A stretch of 61,323 nucleotides of DNA, filler included, from Sphacelaria rigidula (Eukaryota), in the NCBI GenBank assembly GCA_964200075.2. It is 8 parts of 8 records of this genome, joined end to end, with 100 filler letters (N's around TTAATTAATTAA, not from the genome) between each part and the next. Parts side by side here need not be neighbours in the genome. Positions count along the whole stretch, not along the records: positions 46,069 to 53,646 come from CAXNAA020014261.1; positions 53,747 to 61,323 come from CAXNAA020014262.1; 6 more parts are not named here. One strand, written 5' to 3'. The notes under the pieces are model-generated. The model was not told where the DNA came from and ran no database searches. It worked only from the letters and a program-made list of their open reading frames with translations. The translations under genes and the position numbers were made by a program. Of this stretch, positions 49,884 to 61,323 are shown one piece after another. Numbering within the stretch: the first letter of the stretch is position 1; each line of letters opens with the position of its first letter.

Positions 49884-52026
49884 ACCCCCCCCCCCCCCCC
49901 CCCGCTCCGGNNNCCCCCACCCTCCTCCTCTCTCTCCTTACTTACACCACACCACCCACCCCCCCCCCCCCCCCCCCCCCCTCCTCGGAACCAGTTCGTG
50001 GTCTCAGCTCGTGTACCCATCTCTACATCCGTCTCCGCCTGCCTGTCTCTGCCTGTCTTTCGGAAAGGTACATGCCTAACTGACATTTTCATATCGCGGA
50101 TTGGATCAGTCGGCAGCCCTCCCGCACAGCGTACCCTCTAGCCAGAAACAGACCCACCTTCGCACACGCTCGGCCGCTGCTTGCTTGTCCATCGCCTCGC
50201 TGATCTGCTTGTCCGGTGTGATTTCTGTGATCTCGTACCTCTTGACTGCCATGCCCCAAGCGTCCGCGGCAATCTGGAGAGTGTTCTTGATCATATCATT
50301 CAGTCGAGCCCTGGTAATGGTTCACATTTTTACAGGTCAACATTGGTATTTTTTTTCCCACAAGAAGGGAAAAATAAACAGAATAATGTAGCCCTGTGAT
50401 TTCCAAGTTATCATTCTTCAGTCTGAGATTTGAAAATTGAATTTACAAGAACACTGGCAATGGCAATGTTGAGAATAATACATGATACATATATAATAAT
50501 TAATTAATGAATTAATTAATGTTTGCTTGTTGGGATATGGTTCTATTTTGTGGTTGGGATTGGTTGGGGTTGGATGATTATTTTTTGGATTGGATGATTA
50601 TTTTTTGGAAAAGGGAACACAATATCATCACCATAACGAAAATCATCGAATTACAAATATACAGTAACAATTAGTAAACCATTTCTCTTATCGTGGTATT
50701 GCACAGTGGGAGATGACTTTACCCGTACGTGAGTTACCCCTATAGCGCAAACCGTTCCACTGTTAACACGCGAATATAAACGTACCGGTACATGTACTAC
50801 ATATAGTACATACACACGTGTATCTCATGTCTGTGCTGAATGCGTAGCGGCTCGATGAGTGAATGAAAATACAAATTAATGCCATCAAAATGTACTCAAT
50901 CAACATGTTTGTTGCTGTCATTTTCCAGTTACCGTGCGTGAAGGATCTCATCCAGCTCAAGCTCCCCGATAGAAGCTCGCATACTCGACTGCGCGTGCTG
51001 CCTTACCGCGTACAAGGGATTTGAAGATCCGTACGCTGCCTGCATACGAGTGAATACAAACGGGTACAAATGAATACAAAATAATATAAATGAAAGCAAA
51101 AACGTACAAATAGATAACATAAATACTGTGGGTGCCCTTTTTTCGTGTAGATGTTTTGTTTCTTGCCTTCCTCTGCGGGCTGTTCGATTTATGGGTATGG
51201 GTGGTATGCTCCTTGCACTCTGTGACCACGGGTTCGCGAGATCGAGCTAATGTGACGAACAGAATACTAATAATAAATACCAATAAATAGAACACAAAAC
51301 ACAGTGGCACACCTGAATACAACTATGAATAAATGCAACTAAGAACAGCCGAAAACAACTAGATATAAAATACAAATAAATGAGTACTTTCCAGGCCGAG
51401 ATAGCTATGAATGAAATGAAGCACTAAAGAAAAAAATCGAAAAGTAACCACAACAATCATGCAGACAGCAACAAGAGGGAAAACATATCTTGAAAAAAAA
51501 AAAGAGGTCGAGAGCAAGCAGCATACACGAAATAAAACTTCAAGATCGCGCACTCGTTCTCAAGATGCGCCTGCTGTAGGTGGCGATGCACAATCAGCAC
51601 ACCCGAATGACAAAAGCCATTGGTTCTCCGACAACTTATCACGAGAGGGTGGTGTCAAACGGGTGCTATACAACGTACTCCGGCACAGCAATTTCAACGT
51701 ACACTACGTATGACGCGTTTCGTCCGACAAGGGTAAACATCATGCTGTAATGTTTTTACCCTACTTCCTCTTTCTACTCCATTTTCTATTCCCCCTTTCT
51801 TATTGAGATCCTTTCAGTGACTGGATGCCGAATCGAACTTGGACTACTTTTTCTTGGGTCAGGAGTGCACCCTTATGTACCCCTTTCACGGATTTCTCGG
51901 CTGGCTCTGTACCTTTTCCGCGTCGGTGAACTGCACGTACAAGTTCCCGCTCACTTCCACGCTAACGTTGTCCTTGGTGATGGCCGCCTGGGGCGCGATC
52001 GCAATATTCCGCTCTCGCATATCAAT
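46402..52026 (-). CDS. STOML2: Stomatin-like protein 2 (SPFH/band 7 family), five internal exons (partial at both ends)
   Basis: GT-AG exons 52026-51913, 51039-50933, 50310-50158, 48305-48152 and 46509-46402 splice in frame: IDMRE...QAAITKDNVSVEVSGNLYVQFTDAEKAAYGSSNPLYAV...MRASIGELELDEILHARARLN...AADAWG..VKRYEI..ITP..ISEAMDKQAAAERVRRERVLTAEGEK...GEAEA. This is the SLP-2/paraslipin pattern; exact orthology is untested. Confidence 0.92.
48103..48143. repeat. (CAA)n microsatellite next to a splice donor
   Basis: About 13 perfect CAA units. Confidence 0.9.
48747..49212. mobile_element. Foldback MITE in a stomatin intron
   Basis: AGACCATCCTCTACGGCAACGAATCTCGATTTG... pairs with ...CAAATCGAGATTCGTTGCCATAGAAGATGGTCT, with further pairing internally. 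Confidence 0.8.
49385..49830 (+). repeat. RTE-LINE 3' tail followed by four tandem 85-93 bp units separated by (CAAT)n
   Basis: 49385-49500 matches the LINE 3' end at 42020-42090. Units with core TCCGTGGCCCCGATCCTTCATGAC start at about 49501, 49594, 49679 and 49768. Confidence 0.8.
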
Positions 52027-52581
52027 CTGAGGAGCAATCAAACACGGCGAATCAAAAATGACTCATCTTTAGCTGAATACTACACGTCATCAGAGCTCCA
52101 TGTGATGAACAGCTTACCAGGATAGAACAAATGTACGCCCTGGATAATGACTAAATTACATCATCAAAAAGTGCACTGCGTACAGTATCGACTACTTGCT
52201 TCTAATGCGATAGACAATAGATTCCATACTGTACATCTTACACTTCTTGATATAAAAAAGAAATCACCATTATCCAGGATCTGGAACAAACATTAACTCG
52301 CGGTGTGGGATAATGAGCGGCCGCCGACGAAGGGGGCGTCTCCAGCGTCTCTTGCAGATAGCGACTGGGGTCCTCCGTACGCCGTAAGGCTGGTACTATT
52401 ACAAGGTAAGGTTCGCGTTTTTTAGTGGATGTAGACACAAGAACTTAGGTCAGACTTGTTTGCTCCAGGCAGCGCATCGCTCTCGGCTCGTGTGTGTTGA
52501 TATCCACAGGAGAACGCCGGCTGCTATCTAGGGTCACAACATCTAACGAATGTACCTCACCCTGGGGACAGTGTATGGTCC

Positions 52582-52708
52582 ACAGTTGCAATAGATGAAA
52601 AAAAATGTACTGTGTGAAGTATAGACCTATTGCACTTATTGAATGTCCGACGAAAGTTGCAATAGACCTATACTTCACGCAGTACATTTTTTTGCCTATT
52701 GCAACTGT
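52582..52708. mobile_element. 127-bp palindromic MITE-like element
   Basis: ACAGTTGCAATAG...AAAAAATGTACTG / CAGTACATTTTTT...CTATTGCAACTGT. Confidence 0.65.
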
Positions 52709-53646
52709 TGACGGTAAACTGTTCAGGGTGTGGACTATACACAAGGTGGACTCTACGAGGGTTATCTGTCTTTCGTACCACCGTCGGAACGATCTTTGCC
52801 GTGCCACGAGGGGAGGATGGGTTTCCCCTAATCGTATCCCCAAATCGACGGTTGATACATTTGAAATAACGCTAACGTTAACGCTGACGCTGACGCTGAC
52901 ACTAGTCCTAACACTAATGCCAACCTAAACCCTCAGCACCTAAGGCATAACGAGAATCCTCGGGCAAGGGGGGTGCGAAGGGTTTTCTAAGGCAAAAGTG
53001 TGCGTTGGCAGACATGGAATCGGCACCTGCGGCGCCGGTTCGGACAAAAGACGCTTGCTGCGCACGCTCGCAAGCAATCGGGACTGTCAGCTCCGCCAAA
53101 GACCCGGATCTTGGTTTTCACACTAAAATTGAGTATACTTCAAAGATCTGGATATCTTCGTGTTCACACCGAAACCAACCATGTTTCAGATGTGTGTGTG
53201 TGGGGGTACGAACTGGGGTAAAACTCTACTGGGGTCCACTGAAGAAGGTTCACTGGATCCGTTCCGCATGTGGCGTCCGTGTCTGGTCTCTACGCACGAA
53301 TGTGTCTTTCGACATATGTCAATGTTTTCGTGCAAGGCCGCTTCTTTTAGTCGGAAAACGGGCTCTCCAAAAAATGCCACATTTTGAGCGTCTCATCAAA
53401 GATTTTGGGCGGAATACGAGCCTTGGCGGATTGAGCCTCCCCTGAACGATTCGCTGTGCTTTCCAAGAGGATTCTAGCGCATTTCCCCCCGATCTTTCGC
53501 GCGCACAGTTTCACTTTTGGCTGAATTGTCTTTTTTTTCAACGGCCCCAGCACTTTTCGAGTTCTCGGGGGGGGGGGGGGGGGGGAATTTTTTTTTTTTT
53601 CTTTTGCTTGTTTGATCTTTGCCGACAGCTGAAGAGCACCCGCGAA

Positions 53647-53746
53647 NNNNNNNNNNNNNNNNNNNNNNNNNNNNNNNNNNNNNNNNNNNNTTAATTAATT
53701 AANNNNNNNNNNNNNNNNNNNNNNNNNNNNNNNNNNNNNNNNNNNN
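53647..53746. other. Artificial scaffold spacer
   Basis: N44-TTAATTAATTAA-N44. Confidence 0.98.
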
Positions 53747-54138
53747 GCCGGATGCAACAAAGAGGGCAATGGCGGCCCGCCCCGACCACAAAGGGCTGTA
53801 TCGCAAGGTGATGGGGACAAACATATCATCCAAAGCCACGAGTGGCGGGCGGCCCGCCGGTCGCCGCATCCTGTTGCAGGCTACCGCGACACATACTGCT
53901 TGCTACATCAGATGTACACCACCTAATGTGCACCTTGCACCTGAAAATAGATTGGATGGAACTCCCGGTCTTCGTCATAACCCTGCAGTTTTATACGCGG
54001 GTTTTTGGCACCACGCCACTGTTTCGTTTAGACGCTAGACACGTCATTCCTGACCAGCCTCTTGGTCGTTCTGGAGGCCCCCTCCCAAAAGGGTTAAGGA
54101 AGGCCCTAACTCCGTGGAAATATATACATATATATATA

Positions 54139-56624
54139 TGGTGACATCCCCGGAAATGTTGTGCGTGCTTGCACGCAGGAGATCCTGGTGAGATTTCGAC
54201 CAAAATTACTCAAATTGGGCGCACCCGGGCCCTTTTCGTGTGAATAGGCGCGCCCCTCTGGTCAAACTGATACAACAGCCTCCAGTTTCACAGGTCACGA
54301 GTTGGAATCACGGCACCACCATTTTTTTTGTGCATAATCTAATCGTGCATAATATCCGCTTCCTCCCGAGTAGCAAAGGGTCCCGATATTTTGGTGACGG
54401 TGTTACATTGGGGAGGCAGGGGAGGTTCAGCGCAGTTTTAAGTAGTGATTCTCCCTCTTACGGTGATATGCGACAGTCGGCTCGGAGGTCCTCTCCCATG
54501 ATGAAGCTGTTGACGAGCTTGATGCCATCTTGCAGCACCACCAGTGTGCTTTTGCCTGGACGTATCGGGTGTTCGCGTGCCTGTGTGGCGCAACAGTCTA
54601 CGGTAACTCCACTGCAATTTGTGGAACGAAACGTCTCCAGACACGCCATCACGCAATGACACGAGAGGTACCCGGTACTCAATGTAGCACTAAACCATCA
54701 TCGCCAGAACTGCGTCAATCGACCAGCGGGGGTGTCGTGCGTGACTAGGTTGGTCTGCAGTCAACAGCGATATGCTCAAGTCAGGCTGCCTTGGGAAACT
54801 TGAGGAGTTGTAGAGTGGAATGCAAATGCGGGGTTTTCTGCTGGTCCAGCTTGTATGCCGTTATTGGGGTTTAGAACAGCTGTCTCGTTGGTACACAAAA
54901 TGCCTTTTTTCGTGAACATGTGGATGTTGACCATCTATAATGCAGAAGGTAGTCCCAGAGGGACCCTGAGCGGTTTTGACCCTGCAGTCAAATGCGTGCA
55001 GAGACAGTCAGGGTGTCATCACTCTCCACTAAACACAATCTACTGCATGCTGCTCCAAGGTTGTGGAGTAGCACACGTCGGAGGGACACTTATGACGATG
55101 ACCTACGCCAGTGGGGTAGTCCCAGTGCTCATCCATGTAGGACTGAGTGCTCGTGCTTTCTGTCCAGTGAGCGTACATTCTCGTCTCTGTCGGGTGTTGC
55201 TCCAATGTAGTGCCCTTCGCAAATTGTGGGTGCTGCAGCAGAGAACGGCCCGAGTTCGTTTCTGTTCTCCATGTTTCCACCCCCACCAGAGAGGATTGAG
55301 AGCGCATGAAGTCCTGGGACAGCCGCAGGGACAACACCACACAATAAATGAAGCAATGCCATGCAGCGTTTCTATTCTCCGTCAACTGGGACAACGCTTG
55401 CCGCTTGTTGATCCCATACTGGGGGAGTCTCGTGACACAATAGAACGCTATATCGATTGTAAGGCCATTTCGATATAAGGCCGCCTCATCCGTCATGGAT
55501 CAACGCAACCTTGCATCGGGTCACCTACTCTACCGTAGCGTCAAGCTCTTCAATCACCAGCTGGTCCCTGTCGATGAATAAAGCTCTTGGTTTCAGTTTT
55601 TTGGCCAAACAGTCCCGCCACTGCCAGCTGTCGTGGTCTTTGCCGCGGCGTGGAGCGAGCAGGAGAGTCGCGTGTATGCGCTGCAGGTGTGGGACGTGAC
55701 CTGTTTTTTTGGTACACACAGGGTGCAGGTACAGCACCGCAAAACACGCTCTTGTGGAACAACCTACCGTGGTGAAGTTACAATGTTGCGAGTACCACAG
55801 TGATCGGAAACCAAGGTAGCCCACCGCGGTAGTCGCAGCTCTACACATGCCGTACGTACAAGTGGACAGTACGCACTCACGCACGTATTCGAGTTCTGAG
55901 AGCAAGGTTCACAAGCACTTCCTAGACGTCTCTTCTGAACCCTAGAGTGGACGTCGGGATAGCTAAAGTACGAGCTGGGCCAGCAGAAAACCCCGCATTT
56001 GAATTCCATACCACAGTTTCTCAAGTTTCCCAAGGCAGCCCGACTCGAGTTTGCTGTTGACTGCAGATCAACCTGGTCACGCACGACATCGCCACTGGTA
56101 GATTGACGCAGTTTTGGCGATGATGATCATTGTACTGTATTGAGCACCGGGTACGTCTAATGTTGCGGGATAGCTTGTCTGGAGACGTTTCGTTCCGCAA
56201 AATGTGGTGGAATTACGTTAAACAGTTGCGCCGCCACGCAGGCATGTGCTGCAAGATGGCATCACGCTCGTCAACAGCTCCATCATGGGAGAGGACCTCC
56301 GAGCCGGCTATCACATATCACCGTAAGAGGGAGAAGTACTACTTGGAACTGCGTTACACCGCCCCCCCAAATGCAACACCGTCACCGAATGTCGGGACCT
56401 TTCGCAACTCGGGAAGAAGCGGAGTTTATGCGCGATCAGATTATGCACAAAATTCCTAACTCGTAATCTGTGAAACCGGAGGCTGTCGTATTAGTTTGAA
56501 CATCAGGGGGCAGTCGTGCCACACGGAAGGTGCCCGGCTGCCCCCAATTTGAGGACGTTTTGGTCGAAAGTTTACCAGGATCTCCTGCATGCAAGCACGC
56601 ACAAACGTTTTGGGGATGCCGCCG
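54139..56624. mobile_element. Two diverged ~0.7-kb TA-flanked arms in inverted orientation (54139-54853, 55971-56624) around a 1.1-kb spacer
   Basis: The arms align along their length. Outer ends are TA|TGGTGACATCCCC and GGGGATGCCGCCG|TA; inner ends are CTGCTGGTCCAGCTTG|TA and TA|CGAGCTGGGCCAGCAG. Confidence 0.8.
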
Positions 56625-59600
56625 TATTTATCTCCAATTTTCACGGAGATGTGGCATATTTACATTTTTTCACATGTGGGACAGGTATGAGCATGAGCTA
56701 CCTGAAATACCTATTAATATTCTAAGAGAACTCTCAGATTCATCGTACAAAATCACAAAACACGTGACAGCAGTGTCCGAGCAGCCAAAGCGTTACCTTC
56801 CCGCCACACGGCGTGCTCCCCGTCCATCGCTGTCAGGACCTCATACGGAAATACGGAAATAGTGGCCAAAGGAGCTAGCTCATGATCGGAATTAGTACTC
56901 TAACAAGAACTAACATCCAGGTAGCTCATTAGCTGTCCGACGTGTACAGTTTTTGCTAAGACTTCAAATCGCTCTAACTTGCTGTTGTAATTTGTTTTTC
57001 TTGGCATCTCTCGACGTGTTGCGCGTGTTGATGGTGAAATGGTCGTGTCAGATTTCAGCGCCCACCACCTCGAATTACCCACAGCCGGGTCCGGAAACGT
57101 GAAAAAATCACCGTCAGCTCTCCTAGCTCGTCGTCGAACAAGACTCTCAGATGTCGTCAACTACACAAAATACGTGACAGTGTGGTGCGGTAAGCCAATG
57201 CGCTACCGTTGCGCTACTCTGCGTGGTCGGCGTCCAGCACTGTTGGGAACGATTTTGTAGAAGATGACCAAATGAACTTGCCCATGATCCGGATCACAAC
57301 ACTGAGAAAAAGTTATATTCAGGTAGCCCAAGAGCTGTCTCACGTGTGAACATGTTTGTGTGGATTGCGTGGTCATATTGTTCATTTGTTGACAATTTGC
57401 GATTCACTTTTTAATTTCGTAGCGTTGTCGATCCACTCCACGTTTCCAGGAATTTCGATTCACCAGTGTTATTCCTTTTCAATAATATGGAGGCGGTATT
57501 TTCGAAAAATAGGCGCCCCAACACCGCACACCTGACGTCTGATGGAGCTGAAAGTTGATGTGTGTGTGGGTTGAAGCCGAAGCTACGTGTCGACGCGGCA
57601 GCTGCGGCGATCCAATGCGTTTTAAGCGCGGCGTGACCTGAAACGAAGATTTGGGGCGATGCCGAACCTGTTCCAAAAAGTAGAACACTTTCTAATGACA
57701 GTTCTAGAGGGTAATGGGATCAAATCCGTACGGAGCCAGGGGCATATCCTGCCAGCCTTGTTGTCTACATCGGCCCCCTGTCGGTCGAGGCTGGCACCAA
57801 GACGAGAATTGCTCGACAGTGAAGGTTCTCTATATGTTGGAGGTAAATGCCGTCGGGGTTTAGGGGCCGTGTCGAGCAAAGCGGAGCCGCGCAGAGTAGC
57901 CGAAGAGGAGAGGATGTTCAGTTAAGGAGCACTGCGAACCTGCTCCGGCTGCAGGCAATGTCTCTCATCCTTCAGTGCCAGACTTACCGCTCACCTCATC
58001 ACGGCGGCCTGAAAATGATAGGGAGGGTTCTTGTAGTTTTCTTCTATCGCAATCAACCGGATATTCTGCGTCTTGCTGATCCCACGTGAACATATTGACA
58101 TTTCCCTGACAGGCACGCCGTCGGCGTTTCGCGGGCTTGACGTCATTTTTATTTGGTCCTGGTATACAATTTCCGCCCCCCCAGCAGTCATCTGTCGCAA
58201 CAGGTGTACTGCATACAGTATGATGCGTTGTTTGTATCGCGACCGCATTTTTCGTATTGTACGCAGTACACTTGTCGACAGCAAATGTCAGGGATGCACT
58301 GCGGAATACCGCGGGTGTAAACAGAAAGCGTGGACAGAGAAACATATCTGGCAGCAGTAATGTCCATCGGTACTCCTCGTGCAGTCCCTGCAACACACCG
58401 TGGAGCGGGTCTTCCGCGATGACGGTATTTGTGACGGACATCTATCGCTTCGAGTTTGGGTAAGACATTGAAGCCTATCGCGTGAGATGATGCACGGTGA
58501 CAGCACCGTGCAGCGCGATCGACTGTCACAGGTAATTTGAAGCAAACACGGCGCACGAGTCTTCTCACCGCACATTCCGGCGGTGCTGGGATACAGAGAC
58601 CATCAATATCCTTGGCGTCATGTGATGGAAGAAGTTACAGCCCAGGTACGCGCGGGATTTTCGTCGCCAGTTCGGGATCGCTTCTCATCACAGCTCAAGT
58701 GCACGTACGCGAGGCACCAGCTGCGAAGGCCTGGGGTGATACTACAGTAGGGGCGTACTTTCTTTGTCTGGGTCAAAATTTGTTTTTTTGCCTTCATCTA
58801 ATCCAAAGCACGACTGATGAAATATGTGAGAGTGCGCCAGGTTTATACTTTCAAAGTACGAAGAATATCCCGAATGAACTTGCAAACGAGGATGCCCTCA
58901 CCCACACTATTGTGCATCTGAAGTCGTTCGGAGCCCCTGAACCAGACAAGATTGTGGGTCAAAAGTGCACTCCTGCCGTAGTATTGCTCCCGGGGGGGGA
59001 AATGCCCTCTCGCGTTATCATGACCCCCCAATATGGCGATCAGCATTTCGATGGGTGTTCGTGCACTCATTGGGATGTGGATCGTCTGTAAAGCACGGTC
59101 CGTGAGCCCAACTTGTCGTCGTAGTCGTTGTAGTTGTTGTCTACAGAGTTTAACCCGTTCCGACATCACCGCATCGCTTTGTACCTGCCATATTACGCGG
59201 ACGCTTCCCGTGGTAATAGGCAATTATTCCAAACATAGGGCTTCAGAGATTGAGAAAACCAATCGTGGTACAAACAAAACACACAAATGCGTTACAAAAA
59301 CAGAAAAAAAACGAATGAAAGTGGTATCAAAACAACTAGAACGCAAAGAAGGAGACAAAAGTAGGAGGTCGTCGGCGCGCGCGATCGCTTCGCGGCAGCA
59401 AGTCGTGCACACCGCACGAGCATACATATCGCAAATCTCGACAGGTTTTGCGTGCCTCCCCGTCCCTCGCGATGATATCCCAGCCGCCGTGTGCCGTGAA
59501 AACATTACATGCTTAACACCGCTTGGTGACTAATACAACCTGAAATGAGTGTTACCGTGCAGCACCGCCAGAACAATCAAATAACGCCCCTGCAGGGCAC

Positions 59601-60079
59601 CGCGCCACATGTGCCTCTACCCGCCCCGGCCCCCGCATAAATGCCGTCGCACCGCACGGCCCACAACTTTGGGCGCTTCCATGCCTCCACACAAACTGTC
59701 TTTGTCGTCACAATTGCCACCACCTTATCACCCAACAATTAGCTTGGCATCACACATGACGGGCGGGCCGTGGCGCATTCACCACGGCCGCCAAGTACAC
59801 TCGCCGCCGGGTCCGGACGTTAGCATTTGCGCGGCAGAATCACGGGGTGACCGGCGTTACTACAGCATAACTTCATCTGCCCCGTCCCTGCGGCTGCACT
59901 TCCTCCCGTCAAATGTCGTGCCTTGCCATCCTGCAGCGCCCTTCGTCCCATGGACATCGGGTAAATCTTTTGACCTGTCCGACGTGAATACCTGCGCCAC
60001 TCCCTGTAACAAGCGCGCACGACGGTGGTGTGGCGTGTTCAATTCCAGCGATATTTCAGCATGAAGTTGCTCTATTTGA

Positions 60080-60520
60080 ATCATTGATTGATTGTCGCAC
60101 TTTGACTGCCCCCCCAGGGATCTAGCCGTGGTCTCATGATAGACGTACCCAATAAAAAAAAAACTGAAACTCGCTGCAGAAAAGAAGGAACAGATAAAAC
60201 AGAAAGTCGACCAGAACGACATGTTAGAGTGATTGGTAAGAGAATAATAATATTCAAGTGCGAGAATCAGTCAACCAACCAATCAATCAATCAAGCATTG
60301 ACGATGGAACAAAAGTCAAGAAAAGCAAAGCACAGGAGTTAATGGCCGACCTAAAACCAGAAAAAAAGGAAGAGAAGAGAAAAGTAAAGACCAGGGGCGA
60401 TACAAGTAAAATAATATGAAAAAAAAGCAGAAGCCTCTGGGATTGAGGGCAGTAGAGCAGGTACAGATACACAACAGTGGGCGCGGTTCGGTCATCGAAC
60501 AACATAATCAACACCCGATA
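60080..60520 (-). mobile_element. 3' UTR fragment of the RTE-like LINE
   Basis: ATTGATTGATTGTCGC...CCCCAGGGATCTAGCCGTGGTCTCATGATAGACGTAC matches 42020-42090, and the similarity continues to about 42425. Confidence 0.8.
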
Positions 60521-60891
60521 TGATTCAGACGCAACATTCACTACTTGAGGGAATTTTGTGAACATTCTCATCTGCGGCGATTTTGTATGACTTGCGCGCG
60601 CGACTCCTGCTGTTGCCGTGCGGCTTTCCAATGTCGTGTTCTGTACGGTCTGTATACCAGAGGCACTCTCCCAGGTATTCACGACATTTTAATATTTCGT
60701 CTGTTACTTTTTGTTGTGCGTCTACGTATACTATATACTTCTGTCATCCTTTTATTCTGCTTCTAACGGTTGTCAGGCTCGGTTTTGAGTTTTGTTATGT
60801 CTTGGGTACGTCTATGATGTCACCAGCGCCGACTTGCTGGGAGCTTACTTCAAATGCGACAATTTGCGCGTAAGGGCGGTGCTTCACTCAC

Positions 60892-61268
60892 CGTCTACGG
60901 GCCCCGCAACCCCCGAAGTAGCACCCAGTGTATGTCCCGTTGAGATCGCCGCGGCCGCTGCGTCATCCGGGCCCATATCGGGAGGTCCGCATGCACCGTT
61001 GCATCCAAAATATCCATATTCACGTCGCTTGTCCCTCTTCCCACAACTGCAGTTAACAGACAATTCTATAAAATGAGGCTCATCAATTGAATGAGGTTCG
61101 AGCCTAAAACAGTACTTTCTCCCCACTTTCAGCGATGGTGCCCAATGACTTTCTTGTCGGCCTAATGCCCCTCGATCGCGTGGATACTTCTTCAGCGCAT
61201 TTTGCAGACTCTGTGAGCTTACAGCGCTGACCGAAACCGCTGTTTTCCCTGATATCACCCCCCCCCCC
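60892..61268 (-). CDS. Possible isolated exon, product unknown
   Basis: TTTTCTAG acceptor and G|GTGAGT donor around an open frame of about 124 codons; no recognisable domain. Confidence 0.35.
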
Positions 61269-61323
61269 CTAGAAAATAAGTAGAAATGGCGGTTTCGGAC
61301 GGCGCTGTAAGCTAGATCGGAAG

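Overview
This is eukaryotic genomic DNA, not a contiguous locus. It consists of eight pieces of 7,578 bp (the last 7,577 bp) joined by identical artificial 100-bp spacers (N44-TTAATTAATTAA-N44), which is what a length-sorted concatenation of unplaced scaffolds looks like. Short exons in long GT-AG introns, bipartite (signal peptide plus transit) leaders and the repeat content suggest a stramenopile, probably a brown alga (inference). Most ORFs in the six-frame track are spurious. By hand splicing I recover partial multi-exon genes for a galactose-3-O-sulfotransferase-family protein, a PPR-like protein head-to-head with a divergent kinesin, a stomatin-like protein 2 (SPFH) and a putative plastid-targeted unknown protein, plus a few orphan exons. 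The rest is transposon-rich: a degenerate Copia element, two LINE families, tRNA-derived SINEs and several MITE/foldback families. I see no clear new biological system. The best leads are a composite-transposon-like 2.5-kb inverted-repeat structure (54.1-56.6 kb), a LINE family that ends in oligo-C and sits in C tracts, and serial stacking of (CAAT)n-tailed units.
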